Origin: Azolla caroliniana
Taxonomy: Eukaryota; Plantae; Polypodiophyta
Reading direction: 5' to 3'
Length of the DNA: 64,000 nucleotides
Assembly: GCA_043228905.1 (NCBI GenBank)
Contig: JBHGNT010000007.1
Span: 12,524,001 to 12,588,000, forward strand
Of this stretch, positions 1 to 12,090 are shown piece by piece. A program made the translations under genes and the position numbers. Position 1 is the stretch's first letter; the number at the start of each line of letters is the position of its first letter. Under the pieces are notes generated by a model that was not told where the DNA came from, did not search any database, and was given only the letters and a program-made list of their open reading frames with translations.

Positions 1-106
1 TAGGAATTATATGTGTGAACTTGAAGGAAGGTCAAGGAAGGCCAAATTAAATGAAGTGTGTCCCGTCCGTCTTTCTCTTTCCTTAAAAGTTAAAAGACAA
101 AACAAA

Positions 107-119
107 CAGACAGACAGAC

Positions 120-144
<25 letters not shown>
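107..144. repeat. (CAGA)n/(GA)n microsatellite in the putative promoter/5' UTR of the ATP synthase 6-kDa gene
   Basis: Repeat read directly. A strong donor CAG|GTATGT follows at 220/221, suggesting a non-coding first exon and a ~4.9-kb 5'-UTR intron ending at TTGCAG 5151 (inference). Confidence 0.6.
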
Positions 145-150
<6 letters not shown>

Positions 151-1329
151 ATGAGAAGAAGCAGAACGAAGGAAGTAACCAAGAAACAAAATTTACGTCT
201 TCTGCAGGCTTCTCTATCAGGTATGTACTAATAATATCCATGGTCTCATCTTCCAATCATTTTTCTTCATTTCAATGGAAAGCTCCTCCAATCTCAGACT
301 CGATCTGTGGTGGTGGTGCCTTTTGTATCTATATCTGTGTATTTGTGTTTGGATTTGTATGTAATTCTATTTTTTTCCCCTCCTAGCTTCACTTTTTTGC
401 AAATTAAGCTTCGTAATCAGAGCTTGCTGATGAAAACATTTCCGCGTTCACATGCGCTTTCTTAAAAATCAAGAGAAAAACTGTTTTTCGAAGTAAAATA
501 AGTTGTTTTCATGTTCATTGTCTGCCGGACTTATTTATTACCTTGCTCTTCCTTCGCTTCTTCATGGAGAGAGCAAGTTCGTCCATTCTGCTCGCCGAAT
601 CTGTGGTGCAGGCAGGATAAGCAAATCTCTCTTGCAAAATCTTAAGGAAATCTTAAAAGAATTCCTTGGAACTGTGATGATCTAAATTCCTTTGCATGGA
701 AAAAGGTTTTCTTTCAAAATATGTCAAGGCAATTCTGTCAAACCATGGTAATTTAGTTTTTCTGCATTAAAAACAACTTTCTTTCACAAACTTAGGTATG
801 TTCAAAATGTAGTAAGAACGACAAAAACCTGTAGTGGCAGACACATACATATCTAATATATCTTGCTGAACTACTTATTTGGCATACGGTTGAAGCATCT
901 TAATTCTCAACCATGCTGAAGGCTCATCTATGTGTATGTAATTTGGCATACTTTTGAAGCATCCTAATTTTCAACCATGCTGAAGTTTCATTCATACTTT
1001 ATTTGATTTCACTCTTATTCACTTCGTACTTATTCTCATATTCATACCTTTTCTATTGACATATTCTTGTGCCTTTCTCCCTCTTATCTTATAGTTACCT
1101 CTACTATTATAACTTTTAGTTTTCACTCCTAATACTACATGGAAATCCTTATATTCATAATTCTTAGCTTATCCTTGCTGCTATTTATGTTGTTGATCTC
1201 CATCTTAACTCTACTCTCAACACTCAGCAGTACTAAGAATAAAATGGATAGCTAGACAATGTTGAAGATAACCGTTATCATGGAAAACATACAAGAAGAC
1301 CTTTATTTGGTGGTTTTAGTGTCAGTGCC

Positions 1330-2400
1330 TCAATCCCCCCATCGAATGGAATTGGGCACGAAATAAGTATCAAAGAAATGCATAAAAATGTTCTCATATG
1401 TACTTGACATACATGTAGGTGTTGGTCTAGTCCTGACACCGTGCTCTCCCTCGAGAAGCAAATAAAAAAGTGGAGTATACCATGTTAGGAAAAGGACAAT
1501 CACATTTTCAAGCATTGGGCTAATGTTGACATGTTACCTTCCTTTGTGACATGATAAAACGAAAACCATTTATATGGGTATGTGGCACATGAGACTTGTG
1601 TATGATTAAGTCTCTGAATAGTGACCTAGGGATCATTTTTGGGTCTGATTCTTTTGTCTTAAAGTGTGAATGGTTTTCTCTCAGGGAATCAAAATATTTA
1701 CCCTACTCAACAACTCTTTTAAGTATCATCAATTTAAGTCTAAGATTCCTTGAAACATGGACCGCTCTTAAATGGCAGATGAAATATTTCTTCCCCCATG
1801 AGGGTCATAGAGAATTAATTTCTATGTCATGAAGTTTCTGAGTACTCAATTGTGCACAACAATTCTAGGTGTATGCTTTTCTCTTGCTAGCAGATTTCCT
1901 CAGTTGATTGTTAGTCTTGCGTACCTTTCTTGGGGGGATTCCCACAAACTTTGGTGACAATTGACAAACTTTGGGAGAGGGCTTCAGTGACCATTCGTGC
2001 AATTCCTGGTTCTTCACATCATATTGATGGATTACACCTGATCAGCCATGCTATATCATTACTGAGGTCCTCTAAAGGGGTCACAATCCATCATAATAGT
2101 TTCCCTCATATAGTACAAACTGGGCTTCACACTTGTTTCCTGCAAGAGGAGCGTTGGGTTAAGAAGTGTATTAAAGACCCTTAACTGAGTCCTTCGGTTC
2201 TGAAAATCTATATTAGTGTTGGAGGGTTGCAGCTCCAGACTTGCACTCTCGTTCATCTTTATTATCTCTCTTTCCTAGATTCTTCTCTCTCTAGAATATG
2301 CAACTCTTTGAATGCCTTATCTCTTCCACTTTTTCCATTATATTCCCTCTTATTCCTAATTTATTGTACCTATTTGGTAGTACAAGACCCTTCACCCACT
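1330..2400 (-). mobile_element. Decayed LINE-like remnants (intronic)
   Basis: Short broken reading frames with LINE ORF1-like charged stretches. Heavily degenerate, boundaries approximate. Confidence 0.3.
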
Positions 2401-2639
2401 TTCCCCAATTTTGTATAAATAGGTTATACCATCCTCTTTCGTGAAGAAATTATTTTTGCTGCTATTTGCAAACAAGCTCTACTCTTTGCAAAAAAATTTG
2501 CTACTACTTTCTAACAGCCTTTTCATAGCTTGGCTGTGTCTATTTTTTGTTCTTAACAACTGTTCCGCTACTACCAAAAACAATTTTTCTCACAGTTAGT
2601 CCATTGTTTTTCCAAAGATCCCAAAACCACTAAGGCACG

Positions 2640-3165
2640 CTTTAATCTTGCCTCTATTGCCTCTCTTCATGGAAAGGGTTGTTGAATCCATGCTTTAGGT
2701 TCAAACATGTCCCTCACATGTGCTTCCTAGAATCGCATGAGAAGCAAGCAAAAAGATCCAAAAGACACATGAAAACAAAATTGTGTGTTCCGGTTTGATG
2801 CAAGATATGGAAGATGGGATGGAACACACAATGCATCACTAAATTCGTCTGTGCGGAGGTCTTTTTGCAATGCCAATGTATCATGAGTCATGACATGAGA
2901 AAAATGTGAAGGCTCACTCTTGACACATTATACTACATATGTTGGACCTAACTACAAAATCGTATTTTTTGCCGAACAAGGAAACTGCACACATCATTAC
3001 ATGTTAAAGCCCATCCCTTTGTTTGATTGTGACATTCATCAGTAAAGTTCTTGAACATCGAGAGTTCCTACACATTTTCACATGTTACATGAAAATGTGA
3101 TGTTTTTGGTCTCATGTGTTATATTTGGCCTGTGAAGACAATAATAAAATCTATCTATCTCTAGA
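2640..3165 (+). mobile_element. 5'-truncated LINE 3' end
   Basis: Ends in GGTCTCATGTGTTATATTTGGCCTGTGAAGACAATAATAAAA(TCTA)n, which matches the 3' end of the full LINE at 44267-44328. The 5' boundary is approximate. Confidence 0.5.
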
Positions 3166-3829
3166 AGAATTGTGATGGTTATCTATATATGCATATGATT
3201 TTACGTGTCTACTAACTCTCCGTTGATTGTTAGTTGATGTTCTGGCCTGGTAAACCCATGTTTGTGTTTTTTCAACACTATTATGGTAATCTTTGAGATC
3301 TTCCTTTAGTGCTTCTAGATGGACGTAGTGTTCCTTGTATGGATGTGAAATGATTATGATGTCTTCGGCTTATAATAAGTTTGGTATTTAAACTCTTTTG
3401 TGGTTGACACTTGCTCACCCTTACCTGTCGACATAATCTGGAATCTCATAGATGTACTACAGAGTGTGAATGAGAGCAGACAAGATATCCTTTTGACCCA
3501 ATATTTCTTCACCTAATTTGGCATCCTGCTTGGGGTCTCTACCTCTAACAAACTCATTCAATTAGGGCTGCCCTCAATAAATAACTGAGCCCGTTTGCAT
3601 TATCCCTGTTTGCACCAACTGCGTTCTACAAGATGGTACCCGGTCGTTGTAGCTTGCTTGTATATCAGCACATCTGTTATAGCTTATGAGCTTAAAATAA
3701 AAATTCTCATGAAAAAATTTCTAAAAGCAGACTGTCCCATTACAAATAGATTTTCAATAACCTATTACCAATAGCACTAATGTTGTTCTTTTATTATGAT
3801 TAAAATTATTTAAGTCATATGCCAGATTT

Positions 3830-5092
3830 AAACTCAACATTCAAAGATTAACTCTAGGCAAGGATTACTAGACAGTTGGGACTCATTATGTGGATGCTCT
3901 TGAAAGACAATGTGCACATTTGCAGTTCCAAGAGCCACAAACTAAACAATGGCTATTTTATATGCTTGTGACACCAACACTTCTCTACCGAGTAGAAACG
4001 TGGGGACTGAGTCTTAATAAGGAAAATAATTGGAAAGATTTAAAGAAACTTTTAGTCTCAATGATTGCCCACATGCTAAGAAGCAATTCATCTATTGCCC
4101 TATAATCGTCGAGGCACTATTCCATTGTAAGACTTGTAGCTTTGGGTCACAATGGAAGGTTCTAGTCACAATGCATAAGCATAAATGCACTACCCCCATT
4201 GCAATATAGCTTGGATTGTGATATTATTAACTTGGAAAACAAGATTACCTGGATCAGCCCCAAAATATTAGTTGGTAGGAAGATGACCCACTATAAGACA
4301 TTTTTACACACTAGAGGATGGATTCATCATCAAGCCATCTTATATGAACATTCATCTATCCTATCCACCGCGCAATGTGATACGGCAACTCTGAACTTCA
4401 TCACATTAGTTAGAGATTGAGGTAGGCAGATATGCACGAACTCTAGGAGAAAGAATTTGCCGATTGTGTCATCAGGGATTGGAATCTGAAGAACTCTATG
4501 TTTGAAACAAGAATGTTTTCTATGAAAAAAGAGGGAAATACCATTGCCTCTTTAAAGGCTTTGGCCCACTATTTAAGGTAATGGGATATGAGGACGAATG
4601 GCGCTTGGTGCTTTTCTTGCTAGAACTCGAGACACAGGGACAAGTTGTTGAAGGGCTACAATACAGCCACATAAGTGTATCAACAAAGAACAATCACAAC
4701 TTTCTTTAGCCCCATCATGCATACTAAAAGTCAATCAGGTAACAAATGGGCTCTTGACCATGCCATAACAAAGGGGTTAGAATAGATCGGGCAATAGCAA
4801 TTTGGCATGCACGTAGGCCCTAGCATCATGGATCGCGATTTCGCGAGCCTTGTCATCTGACAAAAAAATGCTAGAGATCTTTCGAAGACAAAAATTACAA
4901 TATATTTTACATGAGAATGTTACATGTACCCATAACAAGAATCTTTAGTCAGTTTTTATCTTGTTTACTTTTTTTTTACTTAGCAATATATATTTTGGTT
5001 TTCTATTCTCAAAGACGAAACAAGACTGACAATGTAATATCTAGCTTGGGCTTTTAGGCCATTTTGGCCTCATACAAGGTATTAATATATTA
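3830..5092 (+). mobile_element. Decayed LINE ORF2 C-terminal fragment plus 3' UTR
   Basis: LERQCAHLQFQEPQTKQWLFYMLVTP aligns with LERQCHQAYFQEPRTKGWLFDSLVTP of the LINE at 40-44 kb. It also has a CxxC remnant (~4455) and the 3' hairpin GGCCATTTTGGCC (~5058). Confidence 0.8.
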
Positions 5093-5164
5093 GTGTGAGA
5101 GGATTGAGAGGATAATAGTTCTTTTTTCCATGAAATTTGAAATACTTGCAGATAAAGACTGAAA

Positions 5165-5406
5165 ATGCCAGGAGAATCTTTTGGTAAGGTTGCCCTTAAA
5201 GAGGCACGTCGCAATTGGCCATTTGTGCTTGGATTCGGGGTTACACTGTCCCTTGTTTTGAAGATGTCGTTGGGTCTAACTCGTAAGATGCCCTTTACTT
5301 TATCCTGATTTTAATATATATTATATTTTATGCTAAATGCAAGATGTGTGCCCACACTCCAGCTGAAGATGCAAAGCACTCTCCTTTTGTGAAGGAACAT
5401 CATTGA
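5165..5406 (+). CDS. MtATP6: Mitochondrial ATP synthase 6-kDa small subunit (53 aa); coding exons 5165-5282 and 5363-5406
   Basis: Manual splice across a GT-AG intron (5283-5362) gives MPGESFGKVALKEARRNWPFVLGFGVTLSLVLKMSLGLTPEDAKHSPFVKEHH*. This matches the plant 6-kDa subunit pattern R.WPF..GF.VT......GLT.EDAK.S.FV..H. A 3'-UTR intron lies at 5409-5502. The ORF track misses this gene. Confidence 0.9.
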
Positions 5407-7615
5407 AGGTTAGTCTTACAATCGTTGTGAAAATACTATCATTTTGTTTTTTTCGTCTTTTCACCTGTGAAGCTTCATTGAACTTATTATCTCACTTTGC
5501 AGCTGATGGTGAATTCTTGCCTTTCTTGCATTGTTGCTGATGCTGGGATGATAGTAGTGGAATCTTCTGTTAGACATTCATGCTGAATTTTAAGTTGAAT
5601 AATTTTTTAATAACCCTGTTTAGATTAAAGTAATGCTGACTCAACTCTTGAATTATGTTAAGGCTCAAATTTTTTGCCACAGCAATATTTGCAATTGAAT
5701 TGTGATGTTTAATGTCGTAGTATGGGGGGTTCATTCATGAAATCAGTAGGGTGCATGATATTTTTGCTTGATCTCTTTCTTGACCTCTCCCTCACACACG
5801 TCGCAAATTATGTGAAAGAGAGCTAGCTAATCTTTCAAGCATATCAAAGAGAAATACACCACCCTCTTTACAACTAAACTGTTTTACAATAGATCGTAGT
5901 ATGAACCATATATACCATACATGCATTTGCATTCGAGAATGTTTCAATCATTCGAGTATAGTAAACACCCTCGAAGTATAGTAAATACTAAATACCATAC
6001 TTTTATATTCATTATTTATCATAAGTTTTTTTTTAAGGTAAAAAGTGTAAAAAAAGAAATCATAATATTTTGATAACATATGTATTCCACTAGGCTGAGA
6101 CTAGCAATCTGCCAAATAGTCACTATAGAGCTTGCGAACAAATGCTAACAGAGAACGCAGTCTACCAAGGTTCAAGGTCCAAGGTACATGGGGCATTGGC
6201 ACCAAATCATGATATCATTGCTTACCATGTTTGATCAACCAGCCATATGCACACAAAGAACGCCATGGCTTCACTTCATTCCACCAACCAGCATCAAATA
6301 CTACATCCCTCACTGCTATTCATTCCCTTCATTAGTTATGCAACTTCATGCTTGTATATCCCATCTTTGGAATTATTTCATCTCATGCATGGTTTTATTA
6401 TCATGGACATGTAGGGAACCTAGAGGTTTTGATGCGTTTTAAGATTGATGATGATTTGTAATCATTATTTGAATGCACTCATTTTATAATCATGATTTGT
6501 TTCATTGACTGATTTTGACCTCTAATAGATGTTAATATATCCCTTTCTTTCTCTCCTCCATCCCACTTCAATTTATCTAATTTCTTTTATCATTCAATGG
6601 TAACCAATTTTTTTCTCAACCAGAAAATGTGTGACATAATCAAATAGTACCAAGGGATTATCTTTTTGACCAAGCGTATTAATATGACTTTGAGAAAAGT
6701 CGATATACAAGAGGATCAAACACGTTTTCAATAATTTCAGACTACACAAATTTTCTCACACGGGGGTGCTATACACTCATGGGTGAATGAATGTTTGCAT
6801 CACCCATTTGCGCAGCAAAATGTCAAGAGGTCTTTTTCATCAGCAAGCTGTCCTATAGGAAAGAGCCTTGTTTCATGGTGGTATACTAAACATTGATGGA
6901 CAATCATTAGGGAATGGAAGAATATTTCACATTTTGTATTCTTTTATTTAGAAGTGTAACAGGAGGGAACACTGAGATAGCCAAACTCTTTCATGTTGAC
7001 TGCAAATACATATCCCCCTAGGCTTCTTTTAAATTTTAGGGTGGGCCTATAGTTTTAAAAAATTTACAAAAACACATCTGTGATAGATTAAAATTAAAGA
7101 TTAACAGCCTAATCGAACTAAGAATATATAATTACCATTTCGAAACAGCTCCGAGCACAAGAATGCCAATCTGCAAGGCATTCTAGCACAACATTAACAA
7201 GAGGTTTGTTATATCAATTGTTTAACACTTTGTAGACAACATGGTAGTCCCTGGTATAAGTAAAGATTGAAAGAAATATACTTGTTCTTGTGTATATAAC
7301 TGAATTTACATTTTGAGATGGTGATAAAGAAAAGAATGCTGAGCAGTTTCAAGACTGAAAGTGCAGCATAGTTCATACAAAACCCATATTTACACAACTT
7401 TGAGAAGAGCTACAACGGAAGTAAATCTTACAAATGTACAAATTTCTGTGAGGCATACTATGTTGAAAGACTTATTTTCTACAGGATGTTATGATGCCCC
7501 TGAAAACACACATCTAATCTTTATACTGATTGGCATGGGCCCTTTGTTCTACACATTTTCATATGACAATAACATGGTTGTTTGACAGAAACCTAGTACT
7601 TGCTTCTATACCTTT

Positions 7616-9178
7616 TCATATGGCAATAACGTAGTTGTTTGACAGCAACCTAGTACTTGCATCGTTCACCATAATGCTATTTTCATTCTGAGGAATCTGA
7701 TGCTTGACAACACTGAATCTTGCATTTAAGCATTGAAAGAGAGGCAGTAGACATACATAAAGAACTGCAATAGAAAAAGGCGCAAAAATGGACCAGCCAA
7801 TAATCTGATTTGACATGATCAGGAAAACCAAGTGAGATTTTTATGATAGAAAGAAGAACCTCAGAAGAAATATTCTGGATGAAATGAGAGTAAACGACAC
7901 GGTGAGACTTCAGATATAGAAATGAGTCACTTAAAAAGGGAAGAAATACACGTACCGCATGTAATACACCAAACACCAGTGCTTCAGGTTCATGCTTTCT
8001 GAAGGCATCCCATAATCCACTTGAAGATATTGAATAGTGATCTCCCCCAGTAACTAATTCTCCAACTCGCATGAAAGGAACCAGAAGCCTGTATATCATA
8101 CAAGTGGTAGAATCAAATGGACGTGATATTCCATATATGCATCAACACAGTTACAGAAAGCTTTGAAATGAATGTAGGGTGCTTGCCTATATATTGGAAA
8201 AGAAAAAGGAAAATGAACTTACCCTAGTTCAAATATGGATGACAGAATGTGTCCAAGCATCAAGGTTGGAACATGGCAATATCTCTGGAGAACCATGGCA
8301 GCTATTGCGCACAATAGAAGAGGCACCCCTGAAAGATCCGGTAACATATGGTTTTTATAGAACATGCATAAAACAAAATAGGGAACCTAAAGAAATATGA
8401 CAATATATGAAAATCCAAGGTCCATAATTTAGACATCATCACACATTAAGCGATCATAAATCATTAAGAGTACACGTATACTCATAAGTGTTGTAGTGCA
8501 AAATTGCTAACCTATTTGCATAACAATTTCTGAGTTCCTTTCTTAATTATGATACAAAAGCCCACTATTATACCTTGTGTTCACCAAACAATTGAATTCC
8601 TGATTGTTTTTTGAAACCAAGAATGCATAAATATTTTTCATAAGACAAACGATGAGTGTCTTGTATCACTCACATATATTTCAAACTTCTGGAATAAGTA
8701 AATCTTAGTTATCTTAGCAATAAACCGATGTAGTCATTTTAGTAATTTACCACAAACAGGGAAGACTCCAACTGTGAGACCAAGAGCTGCTGAAAGAGAC
8801 AAGAGTTTCGGCTCCAACCCCCTGTAAAGCATGATATTTCACCATTATTCACTTAATTTGGGAAGAAATACACCATGTAATGCTTCTTTTTTCTGACCTT
8901 AGAACCTCCCATTCTGTCATTGGGTTAAAGAAGAAGGAAAATAATGAAACAAAATGAAGAGATCTGTCTAACCTTTGTAGAATGACAAACAACGGATCGA
9001 CAAACTTTTGCCTTCCCCATCTAACTACCCATGCTTTCTGCCACATGGCTTTCTTGATGACAACAAGCTCATTTCTATGCTTCACAGACAACTGAGGAAT
9101 CATAACTTCGTTTTCTTTGCGAAAATCAAACGAAATCTCGCTCTCAACCATTGATGTTAATGATGATGTTGCTGTTGA

Positions 9179-9245
<67 letters not shown>

Positions 9246-9271
9246 GGAGGCAAGAGCGGTTCCAAAGACAT
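7616..9271 (-). CDS. DUF2062-like multi-pass membrane protein (~265 aa); exons 9271-8973, 8821-8751, 8328-8223, 8088-7956, 7804-7616
   Basis: All introns are GT-AG and the exons total 798 nt in frame. Spliced protein ...KFVDPLFVILQRGLEPKLLSLSAALGLTVGVFPVCGVPLLLCAIAA...CHVPTLMLGH...LLVPFMRVGELVTGGDH...IIGW resembles plant DUF2062 proteins as recalled. The start codon is uncertain. Upstream non-coding exon(s) are likely near 10.7 kb. Confidence 0.8.
9179..9246. repeat. (GTT/AAC)n trinucleotide repeat encoding poly-Thr
   Basis: About 22 units, read directly. Confidence 0.95.
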
Positions 9272-12090
9272 AATTGATGAAAGTTGACGGCTAAGAATGT
9301 ATAAATAAACACATCCTTTTATTGAAGCAGCAATATATCAGGTATGGAAAGACCTAAACTTAGCAAGAGCCTGGCACTGTGTGATATTAGGGAAAATAAT
9401 ACCTCATGTGAGCATAGCAAGGTCTTGTGATTGTGTCACATTAGGACAGGAAAAACCTACTTTGAGCATAACAAGATCTTGTGACTGTCTATGTCTGTAC
9501 CTGCGTGCATATAAATAGAGAGAGAAAGAGACCAAGCCACAACTCCAGGCAAGGAACCTGCCTGAAATAGCAAAGATGCAGATATGAATGTAAATGCTTT
9601 GGTTTTGCTATCTATCACGATCAAAAATCAGTTACAAGTTGGGACTAAACTCTCAAACTTTCAAGAAATGGTGTTCTTTTTGCGACAGTGACTGTATGTC
9701 TAAGAACATCCATGAAGCCGTGGCCTCAGAAATATTCAAGAGATAACTAGGATGAAGATTTAAAGGTGTTGTAAGATTCTTCCGGATACCTGTGTCAAGA
9801 ACAGCTGTAAATATGTTGAAATTTTGGAAAGTAAACACTCCGTATTTCAAGAAATGATGTAAATCTGCACCTGTATAGATGGAAGAGTCCTAACACGGAT
9901 GATTATGCGAAGGGAATATAGCTAAGATTATTTTTCCTACCCGCTCAATAGCTTCTGCAAACCATCATCCTTTCAGGAAATGATGTACTTTTGCATCTGT
10001 CGGATGAATGAATCTCATCACAGATAATACAAAAGATTAGAACATTCTTCTTTCAACCAAATCGAGGGCTTCTGAGCATCTCTTGAAAGACTTGAGAGGA
10101 AAATCCTAAAACTTCCAAGGGATGATGTAATTTTGCTCCTGTCTGTGCATATGGAGATGATTTCACTACATCCGTCAAAAGAAACTTGCTTTGATATAGC
10201 AATGACGAAGATTCGAAACTCTAATCGCTATATGGTCCCAAATTCTGTTAAAACTTGCAAAAAAGCTCCTTCTACCTGCTCAAGAACCTTCTGCCAATCT
10301 AGTGAAGCTGAATAGAAAGAATTTTCTAACTTGTCCAAAAGATCTTCTCTGAATCTGTTAAAGCTTGCGAAGAAACCCTAATCCCATGAAGGATGACGGG
10401 GTGAGCTTCTGAGGAAGAAAAGAGAACCCTGTTCCTGCAGAAACAAGGGGGAAAGAAGATGAGGATTTAAGGGAGACGTAAAAGGCGTTTGTTCCTGATG
10501 TCATTCGACCGCACCCCTCTTCTACTTTTTGGGTTTGCGTCTGCAGAAATCAATGGCTTTTCTTTCTTTTCTTCTTCTTTTTCTGATGCACCGATACATA
10601 CATACATACATACATACATACATACGACTACGACTCACGAGAGAAATAGAAAAGAGAAGAGAAGAAAAGCGCTGGCTGGCTGCTCACCTCAAAACTATAC
10701 TATACTATATATATGTATGTATGTATGTACATTATACGTATACATACATACATTATATATATGTACATATATAATTCACGCTATTTATGTATGTATGATT
10801 TTACGTTTTTATTTTTTGGGGTCTTTTCCCACACTTGGGGGAGTTAAAACTCAAAGAGACCAAACACAACAACAACAACAACAACTTTGTAGCTCGCTTG
10901 GTTTGGTAAAATGTTGCCTCTTACTAGAAGTAGGGAGCTGATTGGTGAAGGTCATGTAGCCTTCAAACCCTAAAGGTATCTAAATAAATTAAGAGATATG
11001 ATATGTACATACATATAGAATAACAAGAAGGTAAAATATTTGGGTCTTGAACCCATCCAAGACATTGTGTTAGTAGTTTAACTAAAAAACTTACCACTAG
11101 GGTAAGTTCATTGCAGTAATAAAATAAAGATAGAAAGCCAAGAGTACAAACCTTATTAAGCAAGAGAGGGTCGTACCCGCAAGAGAAGAAAAGTAGTAGT
11201 AGGTTCATCAGAGATAAATAGATTTTTATTATCATCTTCGCAATTTTGCTGATGACTGTTGCAATCACGAGTGCACAATATGACTGTGAGGGAAATCCAT
11301 GCAAGGATTGATTGGGTTTGGTTGAACATATGTGGAGAGCATAGTTGAACACGATCAGTGACAGAGCATTACATCAAAGTGGGATACGTAGACTCCCAAA
11401 CTTGTTTCAGGCAAACTGTGCATAGTCAACTACTCTCATCACTCGTGCCCCAACGCCCTACCCTATCTCACATTGTAGTGTGATTTCAGTCACATGGAAG
11501 CAATGGTTCAAATGGTAGACAAACGAATGGACTCTAACAGTATTGACGTGTGCAGTTTCCCCCAGACGAAGAATATGGCTTTGTAATTAGGTAAAACATA
11601 TGTAGTATAATGTGTGAAGAGTAAGCCTCCACATTTTCTCATGTCATATTGATACATTGGCATTAAGAAAAGCTATCATTCACAAAGGAATCTAGTGTTG
11701 CATCCAATCTTTCAAACCATTTCTCCATATCTTGCACCAACTAGAACACAAAAATTTGCATTACGTGTGTTTTGTATCTTTTTGTTTGCTTCTCATGCGA
11801 TTCTAAGAAGTTGATGCAAGGGACTTTTTTGAGCTTTATTGGTGTATTCGACAACCCTTTTCGATGGCCATGATCTCAACAAGCCATGATCTATTCTCAA
11901 GAAGTAGGAGGGAATGTGGAGTTTATTTCTTAACTTAGAAAAGCTTTGTAAGAAAATATTTTTTTTCATTTTCAAACTCTTTCCAAATGAACTTAAAGAT
12001 GTTATCGCCCTATACTTCCACTCCACAGAGAAACATTGTTATCACCAATGTATCATAAAGGTATTCCTTGAAGACCCAACACTTAATTTC

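Noticed and set aside
9850-10140. Box C/D snoRNA cluster (repeated ATGATG)
   Set aside because: The motif is ATGATGT rather than RTGATGA, it is antisense to the host transcript, and there are no consistent D boxes or terminal stems.
10489-10941. 150-aa ORF (and similar ORFs at 61369-62105)
   Set aside because: These are translations of (TACA)n, (TA)n and (CAA)n microsatellites.
10960-12090. Possible decayed transposon between the DUF2062-like gene and the retrotransposon nest
   Set aside because: No termini or protein motifs could be identified confidently.
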